DNA of 63,524 nucleotides, counting the filler, from Pelomyxa schiedti (Eukaryota > Protista > Evosea): the NCBI GenBank assembly GCA_020536535.1. It is 5 parts of 5 records of this genome, joined end to end, with 100 filler letters (N's around TTAATTAATTAA, not from the genome) between each part and the next. Parts side by side here need not be neighbours in the genome. Positions count along the whole stretch, not along the records: positions 30,469 to 40,942 come from JAHLWZ010001264.1; positions 41,043 to 59,797 come from JAHLWZ010000730.1; 3 more parts are not named here. The stretch is one strand, 5' to 3'. The number at the start of each line of letters is the position of its first letter. Within the stretch, counting starts at the first letter, position 1. Under the pieces are notes generated by a model that worked only from the letters and a program-made list of their open reading frames with translations, ran no database searches and was not told the origin of the DNA. Made by a program: the position numbers and the translations under genes. Below, one piece after another: positions 38,666 to 50,000 of this stretch.

Positions 38666-40709
38666 AGTGGTTGTCATCCACAACTTGCGCTTTGGCTGCT
38701 TGCAGAGATGCACTGCTGACACAGGAGGACCTCTTTGTCAGCGGGAGTGTGGAGGTTGTGAAGATGTGCATGGAGTGGTTTATTGGTGCAGACAGAGTTG
38801 CAAATACATGGAGCTGGCACAGCAGAGGAACGACATCGAGTTCGAGGAAGGGTGCCAATGGACCAAGGGTACTTTTGGGGTTCCAATTGATGCCGGCATG
38901 TTGAGTGCGAGGAGTGTGTGGCCTCGATCAAGGTGGTGTCGACAGCCTTGTTTGGGTGCCAGGACAAGTACACCACTGTTCTGGAGTGTGACGTGTTCTA
39001 AAATCACAGTGTGGGCAACACACGACTGACTGTGTTTGCATGTGTTTCATGTTGTCACTGACTGTGTTTTTTGTATTTTACCCCAAGTCCCAGGAAAGGT
39101 GCCACCAGGGCATCTGGGGGAGTGGAAGGGCACAACTTTTCGCTCCAATGGCACGGTCCAACCAGCCAATGACGCATAGACGTGGTGGCTAATGTGGTCG
39201 ACAATTCGTTGTGGTCGCACACCCCAAGGTTTCATCATCATCACGCGTTCGGGGAAAATAATGAAAGAAAATGGGCGAGATGATGCACACATCTACAGCG
39301 GAACCGGCGGGAACATCCAGATCATCATCGCCGACACTACCATTTGGGGGGTGGACCACATCGACCAACACAGTGACAACGGCCTTGTCCAGCTTGGTGT
39401 TGTTACCTCGCTCGAATTGGAGGCAGTGCAACATGGGCAACCTGAGGAATTTGTGGAAATTCTGACGCCAAGTCTGCACACAGCATAGGTGCAAATGCAC
39501 GAGAATGTCACTGCACACACAGGAGGCACCTGGAAGCATGGGCATGGGAAATGCGAAAACGCCAGCAAGGAACCAAGGCAAGGAAGCCACAATTCGCATA
39601 TGTTCACCAGACCAGGAAATTGCTCAGAACGATGTCGCTGTCAAATCGGACCTATTTCTTGAGTTCGTCTCTCACTCTCCTGTTATTTCTCCCCACAGAC
39701 TAGCAGCAATCGCTCCTAGATTTTTAAATGAATATGTGCGACGATACTGGATGGTATCTGGGACTTCACTCCAGGTGCGGGGATTTTTGTATTTGAAGGG
39801 AATAGACTGTCATTGCCTCTACCTGAACCCTCGTCAACCCCTTCAGCAAATGGAGTACAAGGTTAATTTTCAACTCGGAATCAGTCTTTTTCTGTTTACA
39901 TTTCACACAGGTTGACGGCATGAAACTGACACTTTTTGACAGCTCGCAAGAGACCTGTAATAGAGAATGATGACTACCACAGAGGGAATTGCTTGGCGAA
40001 TGGTATGAGGCTGAAAAACAAATCACTCAATGACCTTTGGTATCAGGAGTATCAAGGACTGGAAGTATCAGGTACAAAAAAAAAAACGAAATGGCAAAAG
40101 CAACAACAAACCACACCCAAACATCTAACATTCTTGCCCCAGGAATGTGGCATCTATGAGATTCAGGAGCACGATACACTGAGAATAACTCTTTGAGTTG
40201 GATGGCACAATCTTACTGTTAGGGGAAAATCGATTTTTCTTGTGAACAGCAGGGTTCTGGGCCCACCAGCAGTGCCCCTTGGGCAATGCTTGACAACACC
40301 CAGCAACACTACCGTACACCCACGGGCAAGCAGGGCCTGTTGGTGAGATATCGAAAAAAAAAATTAAATTTCTCAGTCTTTTTTGACGGTAAAATTGTGT
40401 TATCCAACTCAAAGAGATATGTAGCCTGCTCCGGATAGCTGAGTCCCACTCACTGTTTTTGCTGAGTATGGAAAGACCACACTCATCACTTTGTCTTGTC
40501 CAAGGGCTACAAAAAATTGGGCAATGAAAGTTTGTTGGAACGAAGGTTTCTCAACATACGGTGCTCAACCGCGCAGTACGGTTGCACATGACGGAATAAA
40601 ATAATCAACGGACCGGAACGCTGTCTTTTCGTTATCGTCGCTCAGGATCGGTGGTGTTTTTTTTATTCAGCCACATCGCCGATCTCACTTCTCCCATAAA
40701 AAACAACCA

Positions 40710-40942
40710 ATGATTACTTCCGTAACCACGGCGAGGTCGCAAGTGATGGCGATGTGTTGTGCGTCCCTGGTTTCGGTCCCCACTCCCATAATGACGACCC
40801 CAGGTGCACCCGCAGAAACAACCTCTGGAGAACCTTCAATCGGCGCAACAAAAACCAAACCCCCATTTTCAATGACGCAGTGGGCACGATCGACAGTGCT
40901 GTTCAGGCAGTGGGCCGAAGAGTGGGTCCTGTACTCATTGTG
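40710..40942 (+). CDS. 5' fragment of an expanded-family gene, truncated by a gap
   Basis: TTARSQVMAMCCA...QWARSTVLFRQWAEEWVL matches the family N-terminus. Confidence 0.7.
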
Positions 40943-41044
40943 NNNNNNNNNNNNNNNNNNNNNNNNNNNNNNNNNNNNNNNNNNNNTTAATTAATTAANN
41001 NNNNNNNNNNNNNNNNNNNNNNNNNNNNNNNNNNNNNNNNNNAA

Positions 41045-44000
41045 TCTATCAATGCTGATGCTCATACTGCTCATAAGAAACGCAGTGATACATACCAGTG
41101 CATGCATGAGCTCATCAAGGAGTTAATGCCGCAAGTTCCTATGTTCACAGAGTACTTTGATGCCCTCTGCACCATTACCTTTTTTGCACACTATGTTTCA
41201 ACCTTGGTAGAATGTGGACTTCAACCTGATGTTAGCTTCAGCAAGCCAGAACCTCTTGAGCCGTTCCCAGATGCGATGCCGCCGATCCCAGTCCGAAAAA
41301 TAGTTTCTTTCCCAGTAAAAGTCACTTTGGGGGATTTATCGCTTGCATCTCCTTCCATAAATGAAACTGACATGAACCTTCTGCTAAACGATGTTCTTAA
41401 TGGCCACTGTTCCTCTTTTTCAAAAATGGAGCCAATGGTTCTTAGTGCTGCTAGCTCTGTAATACGTGGAAAATTGCTTCAGTTTATGCCACAAGCTGAA
41501 ACTCTGTGCTATGATGATGACGAGATAAAAGTTCCTATTGTTGCTGGTATTGTATGGGGTGTAGCAAGGAAAATGATACAAGAAATGTACTCTGTCCCCC
41601 TTAATTTATGGAAGCAGTTGTTCACAGAAATGCAGCCCCCACAGATGAATGACAATGTAACTAAAAGAATTATAAGTGCAAAGTCTTTTGATCAACGCAT
41701 AATTGTATGTAAGAAAGAGGCTGAGCTACTTCTGCAGTCCCACAGAGACAATGAGAAGAACAAAATTGAGTTCCAGTGTGCTCAAGTTGAAAAAAAGATT
41801 CAAGAGTCAGCTGCCACAGCTTTACAGAAAGCACTTGACGAGTTGAGAGTAAAAGAGGCAGAAGCCTATTCTGTAGTAAGGAGCAACTTTTGCAGTAGAC
41901 TTGAGGCTCTTGAGAAAGAAGCTAATGACGCAAGTGCCTCAATTACTGCTAAAGTTAACAGCTGCCCACAAGGTTATTCTGTTGATACTGCGAAAGTCTC
42001 TGCAGCTCGCGCGGATATTAACGCCCAAGTTGTCGATCAGCGTAATAAAATTAACCAAGCACTGGCAGAGGAAGAAAATTCAATTGCTTTACAGACTCGG
42101 AACCTAGAATATGAACTGAGACAAACGATCGAGAAGAAGAAGAAAGAAAATCTCGCTGAATTGCAAGTACAAGCACTAGCTGACCAAAGGAATCTGGAGA
42201 GTCGAGCAATGCGAGCTCAGAAGGAGTTGCAAGACAAGTTGACACAGATTCAGGTTGATTCGAGAAGTATGTTCACCTTGCTGTTGAAGACAAATGGGAG
42301 TCATGTTCTACTTGATGGCCTACGTTTATCAGTCATATCAATCTCCAACGCTGCCGAACGATGGTCAAACACAGTAATTGGTGGTTGTACAGTCTCATGC
42401 AACATAACCCCCCAAGTCCGAGCAGAAGCACTCTCTTTCTCTTTGAAAGCTCAGTTGACTTCTACCCGGGCCATGCAAGCAGAGTCCATTGTAACAGTTG
42501 ATGACCTAAATTACTGGCTTTTTGATGTGAAAATTGTGAACGAGTCACTGAATGGACCCTCGAGTAGCCAACTGCCCTCCCCTACTCTTCACAAGGAAGG
42601 TGTAACTGAAGAGGACTTTGATATTGGCCTTCTGCAAGTCGTTACCGGTGGTCCCAGTCAAAAAATTGGACGGAAAAGTGCTCTGTGCCATCTCGCATGC
42701 ACTGGAAACACTTCTTTACTGGGCTTCATCGTGGCTAAGAACCCACAGCACAAAGCATCCGCAATTTCGGCTGTCAATATTCCCGACTTAGAAATTGGTA
42801 TGAGCCCTCTTTTGATTGCCACATGCAGAAATGATGTCTTAATGGCTAAGCTTCTTCTGGATGGTCTCCTGGCAGACCCCAATTGGCGGCACCCCAACGG
42901 GTTATGCCCTTTAATTGTTGCTGTTCAACATAACTTCAAGGAGATGCTGTCACTTTTACTTACCAGGCCCAACATTAACGTGAATGTTTCCTTGGATAGT
43001 GGGATGACCCCACTTCACTTTGCTATTTTACATGAAAACCTTGATGCTATTTCACAGCTCATAAAACGTGGAGCTCTAGTAGATACAGTAAGGAGGCGCT
43101 CAGACGGACTGACTCCAATTTTATATGCGGCACACAAGGGACAACCTAAATGCCTTGGGTTTTTATTGAGTTTGACTGCCCTAGAAGGGGACATGAAAGT
43201 TAATCCTGGTTGTGTTACACCTGATGGCAGTACTGTGATGCATCTGGCAGCTGGTGCAGAGAAACTGTCTGCTGAGTGTGTGACACTACTATTACCACGT
43301 ACTACGACCCTCACTCGCTCTACTTTGAACATCTGTAAGCAATCGTCTCTTCATGTTGCAGTCCTAAGTCGAAATGACGAAGCAGCCATTCTCATCTACA
43401 ATAGTGCTCCTGCACTACTGACTGTAAAGGATGAAAATGGACTCACTCCCCTTGATTATGCTACCACTCTTCGGTCCCATGCATTTATTTCCCACATTTG
43501 TTGTACTCAGCCCTCCCTACGACACTCCCTCTCAAGGAACTTAGAAGAATACAACCCTGAAAGTAGAGAGGCCATTATTGACGCTCTTTACAGAACTAGT
43601 GCGCCCGATGTATCAAGACTGTTGCGGGTGGTAGGATCCGTCACAGTGCAGCAACTGGATAAGTACATTGATGCCTGCTTAGCAGTAAGATCTGAAGAAA
43701 TGTTAGACATCGTCATTCGCAGCACAGCGGACATCACTACAGTGAAATTTCCACCGCAACAGAAGTGCCTAGCTCACAAAGTAGCAAGTGCTGGAGTATA
43801 CAAGTGGATTGAGAAGATAGGAAAACTTACATTCACATTCCTTGAGAAGGACCGTTATGGACAGACTCCACTTCATTGCGCTCTTTTAGCTGATGATGCC
43901 AAAGTTTTGAGACGAATTCTTGACCACGCAGACAAAGAGAAAATCCCAGAAATGCTACGCATTTGCCAAGTTGCATTTGAACAGAGAAAAGCCAAATGCA

Positions 44001-47000
44001 TTCTGCATTTACTTAAGCGAAAGGAGCGATTGACCTTAAATGGGTCATACCTCTGCAAGAGTCTCTCTATCACCCCTCAAGACGTTGCTCTTGCATCTCG
44101 CTACTCATCTTTATTAATATCTGTGGAAGATGTTAGAGAAGCTGCGCAAATGTGCACCCCAGGAGTACTACGTGCTATTATAAAAGCTGCAGACCCCCTT
44201 CTTGACAAACCTAACGCATTTGATACTGTGGTTGGTGCAGCAATGAGACACAACAGGCTAGATAATTTGATGGTGCTGCAGAATATCTTTCCACGTAAAT
44301 GTAGTACCACTGCTTTAAAGCAAACCGGGTGGATACAAGCTGCTCTTCTAGGTGACGAGAAAGGAGTAATTAAAGCGAGGCTCCACCAAATCGCAGAGCT
44401 AATCCAGAAGGGTGTCGACGTTGAAGGAATGGGTGACGTTTCAGACCATCAAGTTCTTGCACAATGTGGTGTCAGAAAAGAGCTTAAGGATCTTTTGGAA
44501 GGGTTTCCCTTGGGGATCATGCCCGTGTTCAAATCCTTACCTCTACTTCATGCCGCATTTTTGTTTCGCGCATTCTGGGTACAAGATTGCCTTCCACCAA
44601 CATACAATCTTGCCCTTAAAGTAGATGGGAAAACTGCATTTGACCTTCTGGCTTATATTCCATCTGCGAGTGCGAAAATGGAAGATTTTGTAAATACTTT
44701 CTCTTTGGGTGCAATTCTAGGAAATATCACTTCAGCATTCAGCAGCTGTGTTAAAGAAAGTGGCAAAGCAACAGAACTTGTGTCCTACTTGGCAAAAGTT
44801 GCCCACAAATCCTCTCAACCCCAACTACTTCACACTTTGGTTCGTGCAGAGGCCACTGCCTCTCAAGTGGGTGACATCCTCCACAAGCAACCACGTTGGC
44901 TTGACATGTTGGATGATGAGGGATTTACACCCATCATGGCAGCGGCACAACAACAACAGCTCAGTGTTGTAGAGATGCTCTTGTCAAAGGGCTCCCGATT
45001 GGATTGCCAAAACTATGAGGGCAATAACGTTCTACACCTTCTCTTGGAAAATTACAATCCAAACCCACGAGTCACAATGTTAGCTTTAAATATTGCCCGA
45101 CGTATGCCCATACTTCTTCGGATAGTAAATCGTGACGGCTTTACTCCTGTGGCACTGGCTGCAATGAATGGGTACATAACATTTTTGGCTGCTCTCTGCA
45201 CAGAGCATCAGGTAGATGCTTGCTCCGTTCTACTTCACGGCTCTGCTTCCAACCAAGTGCGTGTTATTGACCTTTGTGTGCTCTCACTTGGTGTGAACGT
45301 GAATTCTGTGTACAATCAACCAGTTGCCCTCACACAAAAAATGAAATCCCTTGTTCGAAATGGAGATATGCCTATCCACTGTGCTGCGCGTGGAGGTGCC
45401 GTTGAAGCCTTTCATCATCTCCTTGCCCTTGGTGCTGATGCATCAATTCCAAATTCTGATGGCAAAAATGCTTTGATTATTGCCTTGGAGGGAGGAAATG
45501 TCTCTCTATGCCGTAGCTTGCTTTCAATGCCAATTCTGTACAATACCGGGGAACTTAAGGATGAGCTCTTAGTTGCGGCGGTAAAGGGTTGTACGAAATC
45601 TTTTACTCCCCTTGAGTCTCTTCTCAAGTTGGGCTTCCCCCCAAATTCTATAGATAAAACTGGTACCCCTGCATTACATTATGCAGTTGCCACAAGAAGA
45701 GTGCCGGCTATTAAACTTCTTCTATTATATGGCGCCCAGATCTTAGCCCATGACCACCTAAATCGCACAAGTTTTCACGTTGCTGCTCATCTCGGTTTTC
45801 CGGATGTTCTTCTTTCCTTGGCACGCTTTGCTGAAGAGCTTCATATCCTCAGAGAAGCACTGGAGAACTCAGACTTGGAAGGAAACACACCTCTCCACTT
45901 AGCTTGCAAGTATGACCGCGCTGAATGTGCTGCCGTTTTACTTTCATGTGGGGCTAATACACTGCTAGAGAACAAGTCTCACCTCTCTTCTGGTCAGGTT
46001 GCTGCTATTTCTGATAGCATAAATGCCGCTGCTGCTCTAGTTTCATTTGGACACAAGGAATGCTTTGCTGATATATCGTCATATCCCCTTGAGTATCAGT
46101 CTAATGCTACTTGTTTCTTGAAGAAGACGGAACTAGTTACTGCAACATCGACAAAGTTTGGAAGATATCAGAGAGAAATCTACCAATACAGTGAACTGAC
46201 TACTGGCCCTCTAGAAGAACTACTTCCTTCACTGAATGCGCTTTCTTCTCGAAGTAGTCTGAAAACGGGGTTCCCGGAACTGGATACAATACTAGCTAGA
46301 GGAAACATGATCGAAAAATTGCCACTAACATTTTCCAAAGTTGTTTTCTTATCTCGCTGGAAGCCCGACATAATCAAGATACTGCAAACAGTACTGCAGT
46401 TAAATGTTCCTCAGGCGGTGTGGGCTTCTTGTTTTCCTTCCATTCCCCCAGGTCAAGTCCTCGAGTTCCTTCAAACTGTGCAAAAACTTGTTACTCTGAC
46501 AAACTCCAACTCTGAGCATCCACTCTGGCTGTGGTTTACTTCATACTTCACTGCACCATCTGTTCCAGGCAGCAACTTTTTATTCGACTTCGATTTATTC
46601 AATTCATTCTTGGGCCTTGTACAAAGTGTACAGTGGGCCAGAGATATGGGGGTCACACGACTTCCTTGCTACCTACGGGGATTTCTGCCTGCTGAAAAGA
46701 ACTCTTTACAATGTGTAGTTCTTGCTCTCCAGCAAGCAAGCAATCCATCTCAACAAATGGCTCTCATTTCACATATTCCTCTCCACATACCGATCATTCG
46801 TCAGCTTACCAGTAGGGGGGCCAAGTACTTTGTTAGAAGCGCCTGCTTTGCATGTGGAACCTCTGTCGTTTTAGTTTCGTCACAAGCAGAGACTCTACTT
46901 GGCCACTTGACTCCTATTACACTATCAGAATCCTTGGTATGCCTAAGTTTGAAAGGAATGCAGCTGGCACAAACGGCGTCCAACTATTTTGTGGAAGATT

Positions 47001-50000
47001 TATTTAACGACAATAACCTTCCCCTGTGTGCCAAAAAGCTTCTCACAGATACGATTTTGAAACGGCCAAGCACCGAGCAGTCCAATTGTCGAGCGTGGCT
47101 CGCTGCTGCATCAATGACCTATTACACATTTGGCTATGACATTTTACACCAGCTCACACAGTTGCACTACAGTTTAGAAGATATACTGAGCCTGAGTAGC
47201 CAACTGGCAAGGCTAACATCCCCAAAAGGGGTAGGTGAAGCCCTTGAAAGTAGAAACCCAAAACTTGCATTGGAGGCATTAATGCGAAGAGACTACCCAG
47301 AAAAAGACATTGAGACACTTTTAAGAGAAATGGGTACTCCATGCGCCAACCATTGGGGTACAAAATTGCACTTGTTCCCCTTTGATGGAAGCCCAATTGT
47401 GTGCTTGGCTCCAAGTGAAATTCAAATCCTGCGGAGCATTCACGAAGCTATGATCATGACTGAGACTCCAAAGAGCAGTATCGGACTTTGTGAGAAGGCT
47501 CGAGAATTGGGAGCCATTATTTTTCAGCACCCTAATCCCAAAATTGTGGGACAATTGATAGCTATACTTGCAGTCGTATATGAGCAGGTTTATAAGATAA
47601 AACCGTACGTTGTCCAATGCATGGCAGTAGCTTCTCTTGTATTAGTTGATCTTCTTCCAAGAGATGACGGACTAAAGGGAAGGATCGCGCAAATGGCTAC
47701 AGGAGAAGGCAAATCTCTGACAGTTGCCTTGTTGGCCGCCTTTTATGCGGTACAGGGTCACTTTGTGGATGTCATAACCTCAACACACTACCTTGCAGTG
47801 AGAGACTATAAAAAGTTTTCTCCATTCTTTGCGTCCCTTGGAATATCCTGTTCTACAATTGCTGTCTCTCCATACCCTTCTACAAAAGATTTCAAAGGCA
47901 CAGTGTTATATGGGATAAACACTGATTTCGAGTTCACAGTGTTAAGAGAGGGTATCAACAATACAACAATCCAATTTTCAGAATGCATGCAGACGAAATT
48001 GGTAGTACCCCGCACTCCAGATGTGATAATTTCCGATGAATCAGACAATTTACTCATTGATGAAGGTCTTAATTCTGCCAGACTTGCCATCCCATCCACT
48101 GAAAATACTGCATGGGTCTTCAAACCCACGTTAGAGTATGTACTGGCTGAGAGGGGAAAGAATAGGTCACCTACTGTGCCGGGAGTGAGGCAGTTTCTGA
48201 CTCTCTACCTTGGGGGAAAGTTTACCATAGATGCGGCAACATTAGAGGAATCCTCACTTGCCACATGGATTGAAAGTGCCAAAACATCCCTGAAGAAGGT
48301 CAAAGGGAAAGACTACGTAGTAGATCAAAACAAGACCACACACCAACTAGAAGTGCAGATTGTGCACCTTGGGACTGGGAGAATCATGCATGGTTCTAGG
48401 TGGTCAGGTGGCGTACATGAATTCGTGGAAGCAAGGGAAGGACTATTGCCACAGGATCAAAGCTACACTATTGCGTCAATATCACACCCTACCTTCTTTG
48501 GCCGTTATCGGCGTATCTTCGGCCTTACTGGCACAGCTGGAGAGCCAGCGGAAAGAAACGAAGTGCAGGAGATTTACAAAGTAGACTCGTTCGACGTTCC
48601 ACCTAATCGCAAGTGCATGAGGAAAAAACTGCCCACAAGGATTTTTCACACATCTGAGCAACACAGGGAAGCCATTCTGGAGTCCATTTCTACAATACAG
48701 TCTCAGAGAAGAAGCATATTAATACTGTTTTTATCAATTTCTGAAAGTGAGGAATTTTCAAAGCTTTTGTATTCAAAGGGGATTACCCACTCGTTACTCA
48801 ATGAAATGCAGAGAGAAGACGAAGACTACATTGTATTCAAGGCTGGGCAACCAGGTGCAGTAACGGTTGCCACTAATACAGCAGGTCGTGGTACCGACAT
48901 AATCCTGAGCCCTGAAGTGAAAAACCATTCAGGGTTGCACTGTGTGTTCACTTTCTTCCCTGAAAATTTTAGGGTGGAATGTCAAGGACTTGGAAGGGCT
49001 GGAAGGCAAGGGGAACCAGGAACATGTGAGATTTTGGTGTCTGCTCAGGAACCCGGAGTGCAAAAACTGATAGTGAGTGCTGACCTCTCTGATATTTCAG
49101 TAGAGTTATTATACCAACTAAGGAGTCTAGATGTTCAATCTCAGTCGGCGTCAAGAATGGAAAGGAGTAAGCTTGAACAAATTTTGTTTGGATTCCTGGA
49201 GCACTTCTTCAAATTGTACGCATCCGTTAAGAACAGACTCTCAAATGATCACGAACTTATCAGTGCACTCGCAGCCCAAAGGGAAAAATTACCCTTCGAG
49301 CACAATAGAGATCTCTTCTTGCACAGATTGCATGAAGTGTGGGCTAAACTCTTCACTGAGATGACTGAGATGCAAAATGAGGCAGAAATGAGCAATCACT
49401 TTAATGAAAACTTCTCTTCACTCCAAGATTTGATGTCTGTTAGTTGTACAGTGGCATGTTGTGCTTTTCAAAAGTTGCTTAAGTCAGCTCAAACAGGAGT
49501 TACACGTGTTCTGCCTCTAGACGTGGAGCCAAGAACTAAAATAGCAACTTCCCAGAACACAACCACTTTATCCGTTCCAAAATCAACAAACTGCACACCC
49601 CCAAGTTCGAACAACGTAACGCCTGTGGGACTCCCTCAGGTCATTCCAAAGTCAAGTGTAGGCTCAAACATGATTCCATCACCTGTTACCTCCACAAGCA
49701 CTAACCAAAGTTCAAAAATTGATTCGAACACAAAGCGAAGTCAGAGTTCTGTACTACAAGAAACTTCTCCTCAATTACCCCCCTGTCAACCATCCTCACC
49801 CAAGATAACCAGCACCAAGCCAGCCACTACACATGTCGAGGAAGGAAATTCTGCTGTGTCCGCTGTTCCCAGGCAACAGCCAACCGCAACGGGGACATCA
49901 TCGGGCAGACATCTTCCCACGCCGCGACAATTACCACTCCCAACAGGACCAATACCCAGGCCAAATCCAGAGTTCACACCACCACAAACACAAAAGAGTG

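Noticed and set aside
30469-40650. Short ORFs as genes or a transposase/reverse transcriptase
   Set aside because: No recognisable catalytic motifs or coherent exon chain. A possible small spliced gene at ~39600-40200 could not be supported.
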